Part shown: in pieces, positions 1 through 14,460 of the stretch
How the letters are laid out: each line of letters begins with the position of its first letter
Position numbering within the stretch: position 1 is the stretch's first letter
Origin: Eledone cirrhosa
Taxonomy: Eukaryota
Direction of reading: 5' to 3'
DNA: 64,000 nt
Assembly: GCA_964016885.1 (NCBI GenBank)
Contig: OZ024751.1
Location: forward strand, 25,668,001 to 25,732,000
Position numbers and translations under genes: made by a program
Notes under the pieces: generated by a model
Seen by the model: only the letters and a program-made list of their open reading frames with translations
What the model was told of the DNA's origin: nothing
Databases searched by the model: none

Positions 1-213
1 ATACATACATACATACGTACATACATACATACATAACTATAATGTGCTCTCCTGGGGTGTCTCGTCATTTATGATATGCAATACACTGCAGCACTAATGA
101 AGCAAACTAACCGCCTTTAATTTCTTGAATAGAGAGAAAAACAAATAGATAGTTAGAGAGAGAGAGATAGAGTTAGAGAGGGGGGAGGGAGAGAGAGAGA
201 GACAGAGAGGGGG

Positions 214-570
<357 letters not shown>

Positions 571-980
571 AAAATGAAGGAGGAAATCAATAATAATTAC
601 ATTCGTTTATTTTTCTTTGAGAAACATGTAATGGGAATTTGACTATTAAAATTCCTGTTTCTGTTTTGTATTTTTCTATTAGTTTTGTATTTATCGAAGC
701 CTTTGAAAATTATTGGAATTTTCAAATATAAATTCATTAATTTATTATCCATATTCATCAAAAGAATTAGCCCGAGTCCTCCAGGGGAGTATTTCTTTTT
801 TTTGAAATGGGGCGACCAAATATTGTAGTTACAAGCAGTTGTTAAATTTGTTTTTCTTCTTTTACACGCTTAGTTAATTGTAAAGATATAATTTTTAAAA
901 CATTTGTCATTTAAATTATGATGACAAAATATATCTATTCGTTGCATCTATTGTATTTATTTATATATATATATATAATA

Positions 981-1047
981 TAAGATCTAAAGATGGTTAA
1001 AACTCACCTCCTACATATTTATATATATAAATATATATAAATATCTA

Positions 1048-1125
<78 letters not shown>

Positions 1126-1184
1126 ATCTAAAGATGGTTAAAACTCACCTCCTACATATTTATATATATAAATATATATAAATA

Positions 1185-1189
<5 letters not shown>
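981..1189. repeat. Direct duplication of about 65 bp separated by (TA)n
   Basis: taagatctaaagatggttaaaactcacctcctacatattt... starts at both 981 and 1122. Confidence 0.9.
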
Positions 1190-1240
<51 letters not shown>

Positions 1241-1304
1241 CATATATATACACGTATGTTTGTATTGTACACATACACGCAAACACGCACAAAACACCCG
1301 GATA

Positions 1305-1341
<37 letters not shown>

Positions 1342-1624
1342 AAAAAATTGAACGGGAACAAGACAGAGAGGAAGTACGAACAAAGGTTTATTAGTTTCAC
1401 GCTCTTGAGAGTGGGGGAGTGGTATATACGTGTGTGTGTGTTATTGATGTGTTTGTGCATACATGTTTGTATGTTTGTATGTGTGGATGATGAATGGATG
1501 GATGAATATATGTAGGTATATATATATATGTATACGTATATGTAATATAAAGGAATAAACACAGTAAGTTGTTTGTTTAAAATTACAATGGCTGACAGAC
1601 CCCCCTTGGTATAACGAATACAAT

Positions 1625-2312
1625 CTATATACGCATACGTATATGTTTATGTATGTATATATGTATATATGTATATATGTATATATGTATGTATGTAAAT
1701 ATATATGTAAATATGTATATACGTATATGTTTATGTATGTATATATGTATATATGTATGTATATGTATATATGTATGTAAATATGTATGTAAATATGTAT
1801 TTACGTATATATTTATGTATGTAAATATGTATGTAAATATGTATATACGTATATGTTTATGTATGTATATATGTATATATGTATGTATGTAAATATGTAT
1901 GTAAATATGTATATTCGTATATGTTTATGTATGTATATGTGTGTATATGTATGTATGCAAATATGTAAGTAAATATGTATATACGTATATGTTTATGTAT
2001 GTATATATATGTATATATGTATGTATGTAAATATGTATGTAAATATGTATATAAGTATACGTATATATGTATATATGGATGTATGTAAATATGTATGTAA
2101 ATATGTATAAACATATATGTTTATGTATGTATATGTGTGTATATGTATGTATGCAAATATGTAAGTAAATATGTATATACGTATATGTTTATGTGTGTAT
2201 ATATATGTATATATGTATGTATGTATATATGTATGTAAATATGTATATACGTTATGTATATGTTTGTATATATGTATATATGTATGTAAATATGTATGTA
2301 CGTATGTAAAAA
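1625..2312. repeat. Degenerate ATATGTATGTAA-type tandem repeat
   Basis: Repeated aaatatgtatgt / atacgtatatgttt motifs. Confidence 0.85.
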
Positions 2313-3103
2313 ATGTAAGCGACAATAAACCATTAATTGGCTTTCTTACCCTAACCCTGGAAACGTCCATTGAAATGTTCCACTGGTTTCTGTGTGGGGT
2401 GGGTGTGAAGTTTGAGTGGGGTCGGATTGGAGTTGGGGAGGAGTCTGAGTGAAGTTGGAGTGGAGCTTAATTGGGTTGGACTCCTCGAATTGGAGTGGGT
2501 TTTAGTGGAGTTGAAATGGGGTCGGATTGGAGTTGGAGGTAAATCGGAGAGGAGTCGGAGTGGGCTCTGAGTTGAGTTGGAGATGAGTTGGACGGGAGTC
2601 GGAGTTAAATATAGATCAGCCCTTCATATCCTCCTGGAACAGTGTCCTATCATGTTTCAAGTAGGGAGTTCTATTGTTCTGTGTCTTAGAAGTATGTTCC
2701 CGCCTACAGGATTTGGTTGGGTTCAAGCCTATTGCCTGCCAACTTCGAAAAGTGTCTTTTACCAAAGCTTTATGTCATCAATGACGTTTGGTAGGCAAAA
2801 GCTATGTGGAAGCCTGCCGAATTCATTCAAAACATTGTAGAATCGACTTCAAAATCAATCATAGTGTGTCACTTTAGCATTTATTTTACCATGTCATTGG
2901 GTGAACCAAAGCCTATTCAACTCTATTGCATCATCCCCTCCCCTCATACACGGCACACACTATCGCTTATACTCTGTCTTTGTACGCAGAACGTCTGCTC
3001 TCAGGAACCCCTTCCGTGTTCAGGTTTTTGCCATAGAAATGAAATATGCAACAAATTAAACAGAACATTGGTAGCAACGATTTCACCTTTAGACATTTGC
3101 CTC

Positions 3104-3111
3104 TGGTGGTG

Positions 3112-3188
<77 letters not shown>

Positions 3189-3213
3189 TGTAGCAGCAGC
3201 AGCAGCAGCAGCA

Positions 3214-3277
<64 letters not shown>

Positions 3278-3360
3278 CAGCAGCAGCAGCAGCAGTGGTG
3301 GTTGTAGTAGAAGAAGAAGAAGAAGAACAAGAAGAAGAAGAAGAAGAAGAAGAAGAAGAA

Positions 3361-3391
<31 letters not shown>

Positions 3392-3393
3392 AA
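3104..3393. repeat. Compound trinucleotide microsatellite (GGT/AGT/AGC/AAG)
   Basis: Directly visible. Confidence 0.95.
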
Positions 3394-3540
3394 ATACATA
3401 TCATCAAATACCGTAAGAAGCATTTGCAAATAAACCATGAGACGAGCTTAAATAACATGGCAATTCAACAGAATGAAATTTATATATATATACACACTAC
3501 TATATATGTACATATATATATATATATATATGTGTATATA

Positions 3541-3586
<46 letters not shown>

Positions 3587-3600
3587 CACACTACTATATA

Positions 3601-3667
<67 letters not shown>

Positions 3668-3668
3668 A

Positions 3669-3780
<112 letters not shown>

Positions 3781-3787
3781 TAGAGAG

Positions 3788-3854
<67 letters not shown>

Positions 3855-4228
3855 AGATTTATTTGTCTAAGTATGACAGTTTATTGAAAATATCATAAAA
3901 GATTCTTTGAAAGAGACTCATAAAACACCAGCTTTGACGATCTATTTACATAGTTGGGGGAAACAATTTGGAAATACTGAGTGGTAGCCATTTTAAGAGG
4001 TGGTTATATGATTTCAGAACTAAACGTAGATTTAGATATTGAACGAATATATATATTTGCGTGTGTATATTCGGTTGTTTCTGTGGGTGGGCATGGCTGT
4101 GTTAGGTGCCTGATGAAGCATTTGTTATGTTTATCTTATACACCGACTTGTATGCATGTATTATAGTATATATATATGTGTGTGAGTGTTTGTGTGTGTG
4201 TGTGTGTGTGTAAAAGGTAAACAGAAAT

Positions 4229-4558
<330 letters not shown>

Positions 4559-5194
4559 ATATATATATATATATATGTGTGTGTGTGGGGGGGGGGGTGT
4601 AACGGAACCATTCCATACCTCGCAACAACAATGTATTCATACGTGATTTGGTTCAACAAACCAATCGTTTTAGATCGCGTATGAATGCATCTTTGCGCCT
4701 CATTATAAAACCTTTTGGTTCACCAGAGAGATAACTCTCTGGACAACGAGATGAAAACACCTACTGGATGATAACTCCTATTGACCTCCTCCTATAATCT
4801 TGCTATGAGGTATATAACATTTACCAACAAAGCATGTTCCACATTTCTTGAATTGCTCTTCTACTTTATATTTTCTATATGAGATATTCTACTGTGTATA
4901 AAAATTTGGCCTTCTACAATAAATGTATGTTTATGGCGCATTGAGTGTCGCAAAGGATAATTATTTATATCACGGATGTCAGAAGATTGTCACAGCAAGT
5001 ACAGAGGAAGGAATACACAAACTAAGGTATTTTCTTACAATTGTTTATGATAACAAGATCCTTGGGTGTTTCAACTTGTAGTTATTAAAAGGTATAAATA
5101 ATCATTTGACTCTTCTTTTCCCTATATATATGCTCTGAATCAGTTATAAACATTTATATTTGTTGAATTACCAATAAATTGAATATCCTTTCCG

Positions 5195-5292
<98 letters not shown>

Positions 5293-5491
5293 TATGTATA
5301 GTATATTTGGCAATATACCGTATATGCTTCATTAAAAAAGTAAGTGACATAGTCACTACTTTAAAACTGATAGCGTATGGACTTGTGTGTGTCTATGTGT
5401 GAATATATGTGTGTGTTTGTGTTTGTCTGTGTGTGCGTGTATTTGTTTTTAAACGGTTCTCAGTAGTCACAGATTATTAGATTGACTTGTC

Positions 5492-5877
5492 AATTGTCAG
5501 TATCGGTAGAACGTCGGACACCATGGTTGGTAGAATAGAGTTACGTCCCTTTATGTTGTGAGTTCAGATCCTGCATTGACCTTCATCCTTACGAGGTCAA
5601 TAAAATCAAGTACCAGTGATGCACTGGGGTCGATTTAATCGACTCCCCCCCCCCCCTTCAAATTGCTAGCATTGTGCTTAAAGTAGAAATAATTATTAGT
5701 CGGTAGCGGGTCGGACGTCATGCTTTGCAGCATAGAGTTACAGCCTTTTACGGTCTGAGTTCAAATATCGCCGAGGATAGTTTTGTCTTTCATCCTTACG
5801 GTGTCGATAAAATAAAGTACCAGTAATGCACTGAGATAACTGTTGGCCTTTTGTCAAAATTAGAAACAATTATTATT
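5492..5877 (+). mobile_element. Two tandem copies of tRNA-derived SINE family 1
   Basis: B-box-like gagttca(g/a)at, central ttcatccttacg..gtc(g/a)ataaaat(a/c)aagtaccagt, tail tagaaa(c/t)aattatt; copies at 5492-5697 and 5698-5877. Confidence 0.85.
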
Positions 5878-6229
5878 ACTAGGCTCTATGTGCAATGACT
5901 ACCGACTATCAAGCAGATATTTAGGCAGGCATCGTTGGTTTGGATAGTTTTCCATAGCTTTTGCTTTTTCTTTTCTTCATTTTGTTCCGTCCTCACATTC
6001 ACTTAACAAATCATATCACAAATGTTGATAGATAAATATGTTTAAAAAACAGAAAAGTGAATATATGAAAAGGTAGGAGTTTGAGGAGATAAAGAGAAGT
6101 ATTAAAGTGTATAAAAGATATGGATTAATTTTTCCTTAGAGATATTTGAATGTTATTAATTATTAATTAATTGTGGCCTAAAAATTAAACAGAAAAGATT
6201 GTGTGTTGACATATATTACAAAAACAAAT

Positions 6230-7245
6230 ATTTACGAAGCATGTAGGTGGTACTTGTTAGAACTATTTTATGGATTTCATTTATGCTAAGTTTACCAGGT
6301 ATGTTTCCCAGAAACGTTTGAACACCTTTTTTTATGACACCTAAAACTCTTATCACTATTGGAATAGTTTGAGTTTTAAGGTGCCACATTCTGTTTATCT
6401 CAATTTTTAGATTTTATATTTAGTTCTTCATACGCTTTTGCTGACGATAGAGTCATATAAATGAGCAAGAAGGTCTTGTGTTTTTGGTAAATCCTTAATA
6501 ATAATATCAGGGAGGTTTGCATTAATAGTTCAATCTGTGTGAATGGTAAAGTCCCAAAGGATTGTTGCTCCGTCAGTCTCAGTTACTGGCTGTGATTTGT
6601 GTTCATACCAGTTTTCTGCATGATTTGCATTATATTTTTTGCATATTATCCGGTGGATATATTGCCCCACTCTAACATGTCTAATCTTATATTCAGTTGG
6701 TGCTAGTGTGAAACATCCTGGTATTATATGGTCAATTCTTTCAAGCTGTACGTTACATATCCTACATTAGGATTCTGCACCATTTGTAAGAATATTTGCC
6801 TCATGACTCTAAAGAAACTCTGGTCCTGGGCATTAAGAAAAGACTTCTGTTTCAGCTTTTAATTCCAAAATCCGTAGCCATTGATGGGTTTATCCATGAT
6901 CTACATCAGTATCATAGGTGCGAAATGGGAATTGGCCGTACAGAGGTTTTTCTTGCCTCCATTCTCTAAATGTTTTTAAAACGTCTAGCATTGACTTCCT
7001 TCTGTGGAATTTTATTGCCTTAGTTGGTCAGCTTCATTATTTAGATGTAGGTCTTCAGTTTTTAGTTCTTTCCTGTAATTATTTTCCTCTTTGACTACTG
7101 AATGGAGTTTACTTTGGTTTTCGTGTTCTCTTACTAACACCATCATCCAGTCATTGGTACACTCTAGGTATGTTTGTAAGCCTATTGTAGTTGTTTTGTA
7201 TGTCAATTCCAGTTGGATTAGTCGTCTTCTACCTTCTTGTCTTGG
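6230..7245 (-). pseudogene. Decayed R4/Dong-like non-LTR retrotransposon C-terminal region (CCHC knuckle plus restriction-like endonuclease)
   Basis: Manual minus-strand translation: KPLYGQF...THQWL...LKAETE, CRICNVQLERIDHIIPGC...RH...ILWDFTIHTD*TINANLPDIIIKD...IPIVIRVLGVI; contains stops and frameshifts. Confidence 0.8.
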
Positions 7246-7249
7246 TAAA

Positions 7250-7467
7250 TATTATTATTATTATTACTCGTAACGTTTCTGCACTGGCAGATGTTATACC
7301 GACACTATACCAAAAGAGAGATGCATAACCAATGGTGAAAGGTCCTTTGGCTCATCCCTTCTCCTTCAGCTTTCCAACACCCTTCTTAGAACCCTTGCTG
7401 TTCCTAGCAAGGCTGTTTTCTTTAACAATCCCATATTGATGGTAATTCTTCAAGCCATGCATCCAAA
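7250..7467 (-). mobile_element. 3' end of a second RLE (Dong/R4-like) LINE with (TAA)n tail
   Basis: Minus translation ITINMGLLKKTALLGTARVLRRVLES*, then a short UTR and a (TAA)n tail at about 7250-7266. Confidence 0.7.
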
Positions 7468-7629
7468 GGTGGATTGGCAGTATCAGTAGGGCGTTGGAAA
7501 TCCAAGTTTTGCAGCATAGAGTAACGGCCTTTTACATTCTGAGTTCAAATACCCATGACGTTAGCTTTGCCTTTCATTCTTACGGGGTCGATAAAATAAA
7601 GTACCAGTCAGTACTGGAATCGATTTAAT
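7468..7629 (+). mobile_element. SINE family 1 copy, 3'-truncated
   Basis: ggtggattggcagtatc...gagttcaaat...ggggtcgataaaataaagtaccagt. Confidence 0.85.
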
Positions 7630-7637
7630 AAACACCC

Positions 7638-7850
7638 GTATTGACTCTCGAGCCATTACTGCACAAACTGGAGGCGTTGAGGGGGGTCCCACGCATACTG
7701 GGATGCGGAAGATCCGTGTCAGCATATGCAGACGATGTCACCGTAGTGGTGTCGAATACCAAACACATCGAGGCGATCGGCACTACTCTAAGAAAATAAG
7801 AGGTGGTGACAGGAGCAATGATCAACCAGGAAAAGTCGATGGGCTTTCAG
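7638..7850 (+). pseudogene. Tx1/L1-clade reverse transcriptase fragment
   Basis: Translation VLTLEPLLHKLEALRG...SVSAYADDVTVVVS...*EVVTGAMINQEKS contains the YADD motif. Confidence 0.75.
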
Positions 7851-7949
7851 TTCTAGTCCTGTAGTAGAAGCCATTTCTATATTAAATATTTATACTCTGC
7901 TATGTATTGAGTACCTTACTTACTGTGGTTACCCCCGATTGAACCCGAG

Positions 7950-8009
<60 letters not shown>

Positions 8010-8188
8010 CGGGTTGAATCGGAGATAACCACAGTAAGCAAGGTACTCAATACATAGCAGAGTATAAAAGTTTTAATATAGAGGAGATTCTACAGGACTA
8101 GAACTGTTTCATTCATTAGAAATCATCATGATGATTTCTAATGAATGAAACAGTTCTAGTCCTGTAGAATCTCCTCTATATTAAAACT
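7848..8188. mobile_element. Family A HHR-bearing Penelope-like termini: + copy (7848-7950), microsatellite, - copy (8009-8128) folding back into a perfect 120-bp palindrome (8069-8188)
   Basis: Homologous to 54624-54750 and 29716-29778; palindrome centre tcatca|tgatga at 8128/8129. Confidence 0.8.
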
Positions 8189-8953
8189 ATATATATATAG
8201 AGAGAGAGAGAGGCAGAGAGGGGGAGAGAGAGAGAGAAAGAGAGTGAGAGGTGGAGAAAGAGAGAGAGAGAGAGATACTATATAAACACATACAACAACT
8301 TTTCACTCTTCCTGTTTTCCCATCCTTCTACATATATATCGTGACAGACAGACAGATGAAGAAACAGATTCTCTTTTATAATATAGATAGATTGAAATAA
8401 ATGGAATATTTTTTTTCACATATGTTTAATATCATTATATGTAAACAATATTGTGCAGAAATCAGGCTGTGGTTCGAGTATCGACTGAAACGGTCATAGG
8501 CTGACTATCAAGTAGTGATGCTAGAACTGTGAAATCTTGCATGCATTAATTTAAACTTTTTCATATTAATAACTGCATTGATTCTTTCTAGGAACTATGT
8601 TAAAAAATAAACCTCATTTGGTCATTCCTGGTCAGCCTGTGAACTTGTCAGCTTTAGCATTACTCAAAATGACTTCGCTCAAAATGACTTCGCTCAAAAT
8701 AACTGGAAGCAATATTTCTATCATACCATTCATTTAATAAGCCAAGATATGAACTCAGTTTACCGAGAAACGGAAGAAATATTCAGAGGTACTCTATTCG
8801 GTTGTTTAAATACTACTAATGTTAATATTCCACTTTCAAATGCGATATATTCTAGAGATTGACATCACAAAATAATGTAATGTATAGCATGTAACATTTA
8901 GAATTAAAGATAAAAATGGGCAAAGTATACTAAAGAACGTTATAAGTTTAGCG

Positions 8954-8987
<34 letters not shown>

Positions 8988-9110
8988 GTGTGTGCGTGTG
9001 TGTGTGTGTGTGTGTATGATGGATTAAGCAATGGCAGTGCTTAGCTATATACCTGATTAGAGATTCTGTTTTCAAATGATGATGATAATAATAACAATAA
9101 TAATAATATA

Positions 9111-9152
<42 letters not shown>

Positions 9153-9439
9153 GTCACCGCCATCATCATCATCATCATCATCGTAATCATCCTTGTAGAG
9201 TATATGAAAAAAAAAAAAAATATGCAAAATCTTTATCAGTTTTCCTTTTGTTTATCTCATATGCAATATATATATTGTTAGATATATAGATTATCTTTGA
9301 GGAAGAACACATCCCGAATGTTCCACTGGTTGGAAATGTCATTACATGACATTCTAAATATATATATTGTTTTTTATTGAATATGGATTCGATCTAAGAA
9401 GATTTCTTCTGGAAAGGAACACTTCTAGATAAAATGTAA

Positions 9440-10110
9440 TGGTCCACCGTGGCTGCCGACGTTCATTGTTTCAAGTGCCAGATCAACAAAATAGCTTGCT
9501 CTTGAATATTAACCTGCTAATGGTTGAGTATTCCGTAGGTTCACATCTCCTTAACGTAACGCTCAGGTACATTCAGCGTGATACACAGGATGGCCCTTTA
9601 AATTAGAGGTACAATACATTTGGGGTCAAACGTTCAACAAACCCAGGAACGCTCAAATTATTTTAAAATGAGATTTAACGAGACACGGTGTGCAACAACG
9701 CTGTTTTTTTAATTACATATAAAGTCCGACTTTAATGGTAAGGTAAGTGGGCGGTGGATTGGCAGTAGAACTGGTAGAGCGTTGGACAAATCCGAGGTTA
9801 GCTTTACATTTCATCCTTACGGAGTCAATAAAATATAGTACCAGTAACGCACTGGGGTCGATTGAATCGTCTTCCCCTACCCCAAAAATTGTTAACCTTG
9901 TGCCTATATCAGAAACTATTCTAATATAAATGGCTGAGTATTCCACAAACTCAAGTATCCATTACGCTATACACAGGGAGATTCGGTGAGATATCGTTGT
10001 GACAAGAATGAATTAAAGGCACAGGCCCTCTTGTACCATAAGGTAAGTGGCTGCGCATTCCACAACCATATATGCTCTTAATGTAAATCTCAGAGAGATT
10101 CAGCGTAGCA
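9440..10110 (-). mobile_element. Decayed 3' parts of SINE family 2 (about 9440-9620 and 9930-10110) flanking an internally deleted + strand SINE family 1 copy (9749-9920)
   Basis: tggctgagtattccac...cagggagattcagcgt motifs are the reverse complement of about 28995-29060. Confidence 0.6.
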
Positions 10111-10482
10111 TAATATGTAATAAATCTTACCCCTATCAGTTCTCAGTCCATCCAGCGGGCTTCCATAATGTCTCTGTCTAACAAGTCTTACTGAAAATTT
10201 AAGAGCAGCATTGTCCATTAGAGAAATATTTGTACACAGCCTAAACTGTTGATCTTTGCTTACTATATAAACATATCCAGTCATCTGAAGAATACTTACA
10301 GCAAAACTTTAAATCTATATTTCACTCGCGCTGCACGAAGCAAATAATATTGTTTAGTGATTGTAGAATTTGTTTGTTTATTTAGGGGGGGGTATGTGTG
10401 TGTGTGTGTATGTATAGTTCTACGCATTCTACTTGTCCGATGTATATATCTCTTTTTCCTTTACCATATATACATACATATA

Positions 10483-10584
<102 letters not shown>

Positions 10585-10625
10585 CGAAACATAAGTCAAT
10601 TGCATGAACTCATAATGCTTTATTT

Positions 10626-10681
10626 ACTGCTATATATATTTCGTTGATAGCCATTGAATGGCTATGACCTCATCAGGCAGT
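10626..10681 (-). ncRNA. Type I hammerhead ribozyme (family D) within a TA-flanked element at about 10581-11016
   Basis: Minus strand ACUGC-CUGAUGA-GGUCAUAGCCAUucaAUGGCUAUCAAC-GAAA-UAUAUA-UA-GCAGU: intact core, 5-bp stem I, palindromic stem III. Confidence 0.8.
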
Positions 10682-11014
10682 TAGACAGTTCTTAGATATG
10701 CCAGCTCTGTGTTTATAGTGTTGATGGTATAAGAGCCTTGGAACATATGAGCTTGTTATCAAGCATTTTTGCCCAATATAGGTCTATTATTTTTCTTAAT
10801 TGTTCTTAATTTAATATTTAAAGTTAAGGATAATATTCTATATTGCTGTAGTTAGTATTTTTTCACCCCAGCAAATGTTAGTCCTTACGATTCGAACACA
10901 TGTAAGTTTATATTAGTGTTCATCTCTCTTGTTTATTCAATTATATTGTACGGCTCAGAAAAGTTTTTTTCTTAGAGCTATTTAATTGTAAGGGACTATC
11001 CTGAGTTCTTAACT

Positions 11015-11062
<48 letters not shown>

Positions 11063-11429
11063 TATTATTTTGTTTGACCTGTTTGGCTTGCCTCGTCTTT
11101 TTGGCTTAGGTGGTTGATGGCTTTATTTGGTCCATGGAACGCTTGCCAGCATAACTCGGATATTGCGTTTAGCTCTGTTTTCGACCACAGCCGAAATTCG
11201 ATCTCACTGAAATTATATTTATATATTATATATATATATATATCATGATTTTAAATAAATTCCTTCTTTCCCTGTGTGTCAGATCTCTTTGGCAATACAT
11301 ATACTCAAGGTTTTGACAGAAGTGATCGGATTGTGAAGCTATTCTGTGTCACATGATTGTGAAGCTATACTGTAGATGTTAGCTCTGCGTCACATGATTG
11401 AGAAGCTAATTTCGATATTCCTAAATATT

Positions 11430-11780
11430 CGGTGGTTCCGTGCTTGTCACTTTTTTTCATATTCTCATGTCCAGTACACTTTGTCTAGAAACACACGGAT
11501 ATAGTGTGGCATGATGTGTTTTATGTTGATGTATAGTGACATTTGATATGTGTTTAAGTATTTAAGATAGGTTTTGTAAAACATGGGATGTGTGAGAATG
11601 AAAATCATGTAACAACGTGGAGGGGAAATATTTTTTTCTTTCTCCAATAAGAACAACCGTAGAAAAATCAGAAAATTCAAGGAGGCAGTACATATTGCGT
11701 TAACTGACAGATGAATCAAGAAGTCCATTGCGGCCTTCAGAGGAAAAAATATGGCTGCCATTATTGATATCGGTGAATAT
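11430..11780 (+). pseudogene. Possible highly decayed Penelope-like endonuclease tail
   Basis: Fragmentary translation ...ENENHVTTW...KIRKFKEAVHIA resembles the C-terminus of PLE GIY-YIG domains; weak. Confidence 0.3.
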
Positions 11781-12426
11781 TTGACACGTAATTTTCCAGC
11801 AGTAATGTGCTAACGTTGTTTATAGCACTGATACATTGTGACAGCTACCATAAGTTAGATCTTGCTGAAGGAACATTTTCAGTTATCAGAATACAACACC
11901 TGAAAACGTTCAGAATATATACCGATGGGAAGTATATACAGCTAACAGAAGAAACTAAGTAGATAGTTAAGAGGACATGTTAAACTATTCTAGCGAGAAC
12001 TAATATCAGGGATTTATATATCAAATAACAAACACTGTTCATAATATTGGTTTCTAATTTACGCGCAAGGCCAGCAAACTTGTGGAAAATGAAAGTTGAT
12101 AACATCAACCTTAATATTTGACTGGCACTTTATAATTTTCCTTCCACCACTCTGCTCAACATACATAAATACTAAACTACACTACAGGTACATAAGCTGA
12201 TACGATATGTAATAGTTTTATGTAATCGTCGAAATATGGCCGCCATATCATTCTCAAATACTATCCTACTGTCTTGAAAATATTGAAATATATAGGATAA
12301 ATGAAAGCTTAATACATATAAGAAAAGATATAGCAGGGCCGTGATTAGATGGCTTCTCGAAACGTTGTTTTCTAAAGAAACAAGATATATTTTTCAGAGT
12401 TTCATCAGAAAGAAACTCCAATTATG

Positions 12427-12666
12427 AATCCACATAAACTGGACTTTAAATCCACATAAACTGGACTTTAAATCCACATAAACTGGACTATTAAGATAGA
12501 TACCTCTGGAAGTGATGTCTACACAATACTCATACAAATATTACCATTTACAAAATACATAATTATAGAAGAAAAATGTCAATAACTTTGACTGCAGCAT
12601 ATCGTTGTTATCAATTTAGGGAATATCGTTGTTATCAATTTAGGGAATATAGTTGTTATCAATTTA
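12427..12666. repeat. Two short tandem triplications (22-bp aatccacataaactggacttta; 24-bp atatcgttgttatcaatttaggga)
   Basis: About 3 copies each at 12427-12489 and 12599-12666. Confidence 0.9.
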
Positions 12667-13099
12667 CCGAACTTACATTACCACGGGAAAACACTTAGAA
12701 ATACTCACACCATACGAAAAATGTAAACATAGAGAAATAAATCCATCAATTCTTCAATAAAATATTAACGGCATTAAAGCACCTTTATGGAACTAAGATA
12801 TTTTATCATCTCACCTAGCAATAACGTTATAAACATATTTTCTGTCTCAAAAGAGATCCAAGAATAAGTCTAATTGCATTTAAATCAGATAGAAGTGATA
12901 TTTTCTAACAAATAAAACACTATAGAATCATCACGAATGATGCAGCTTCATATGCAAATGAGATTAATCACCTCATTTACACAGACGAGAAAACTATATA
13001 TTCTTGAGTGTTTTCAAGTCCAGCAGTCGCAAGTGTGGGAGGGATCGTCCTGATGAAGACCAGCTTGACCCCCTTGCTCCTGCTGGACACCACCAGAGA

Positions 13100-14460
13100 G
13101 CGTTTTGAAGTGCGGTGGTGAAAACTTCACGCAGCGCCTGGCTGACCTCATGAAAAAGGAGTGGGAAGATGAGACTGTCCCCCAAGATTGGAAGGATGCG
13201 CCCATGGTGATTCTCCATAAAGGAAAGAGTGGGAAAGACAAAGGTGGCAATTATCGTGTCATATCACTTCTTTTAGTAGTTGGTAAAGTCATGTGTCGAA
13301 TTTTGATGGATAGATTAATCTTAAGTGTTTCTCTGAATGTGTTGCCTGAGTCGCAGTGTGGGTTCAGAAACGAAAGAGGAACAGTGGATATGATCTTTTT
13401 CTGCTCGGCAGCTGCAAGAAAAGTGTATCGAACAATGTGTGTATCTTTGTTGACTTGACAAAGGCCGTTGATACCATCAATCGAACTGCATTGTGGAGCA
13501 TTTGGGAAAAGCTTGGCTTCCCTCCAAAGTTTGTGAAGATTCTGCGTCTTTTTCATAATGACATGTAAGGCTTGGGTCAGTATTGATGGTAGCATCTCTG
13601 AACCAATATCAGTTCTGAACCAATATCAATATCAAAATGGAGTGAAGAAGTGGGACATTCCGGCTCCAACTCTGTTTTCTTCATATTATACGATAGTGTT
13701 TCTCATGACATTCAGGAAAAATTGTTTACATTGAGTTTACATCAGGTATCGCATTTCGGGAAGGTTGTTCAACATCAGGCGCTTTGGTTCAAGCATGAAG
13801 GTATTAACATCTATAATCCGAGAGTTTTTGTATGCAGATGACTGCGATCTTTTTGCACACTCACAATGTGACATGCAGCATATTATGAACTCTTTTTCTG
13901 AAGCTTGCAGTGCCTTGGGCCTCATAATAAGATTGGAAAAGACTGTTGTGATGTATCAGCCAGCACCTGGAAAAGTGTACACTACACCAAGTGTATACGT
14001 GAACGGAAAGAGGTTAAAAGTTGCTGACAAGTTTGTTTACCTTGATAGTACGTTGAAAATTCATGCACACTTGATGATGAAATATCCTTAAGAATCAAGA
14101 AAGCCAGTGTTGCTTTTGGACGGCTTCACGAACGTTTACGGTCAAGACAAGGTATCACTATGAAACCTAGGTGAGAGTGGATCTGACTTGTGTCGTCTCC
14201 TCTTTGCTTTATGTTTGTGAAACGTGAGTCACATACAGAAAGCACCTCGAGGAACTGGAGAGATTTCACTAAAAGTCTCTTCGTAAGTTACTTGGGGTGC
14301 AATGGGAAATATTCGTCAGTGATTTGGAAGGTTTCGAATGGAGCAGGTGCGTGAGCATAGAGAGCATGATCTTTCGGCACTGGTTGAGGTGGTGTGGACA
14401 CGTGGTTCGGATGTCTGATGATCGCATTCCAAAGCAACTTCTCTACGGTAATGGTAACGC
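13100..14460 (+). pseudogene. RTE-clade (BovB-like) LINE reverse transcriptase, frameshifted
   Basis: VPQDWKDA, NYRVISLL, LPESQCGFR, FVDLTKAVDTINR, FLYADDC and LRWCGHVVRMSDDRIPKQLLYG occur across ORFs 13105, 13356, 13765 and 14297. Confidence 0.93.

Noticed and set aside
2620-2900. Possible MULE transposase relic on minus strand (MIDFE motif)
   Set aside because: Only a short motif amid many stops; insufficient without a profile search.
8335-8393. Helitron-like 5' end (TCTATATTATAAAA on minus); CTAGT end near 23145
   Set aside because: Short low-complexity signatures with no matching opposite terminus identified.
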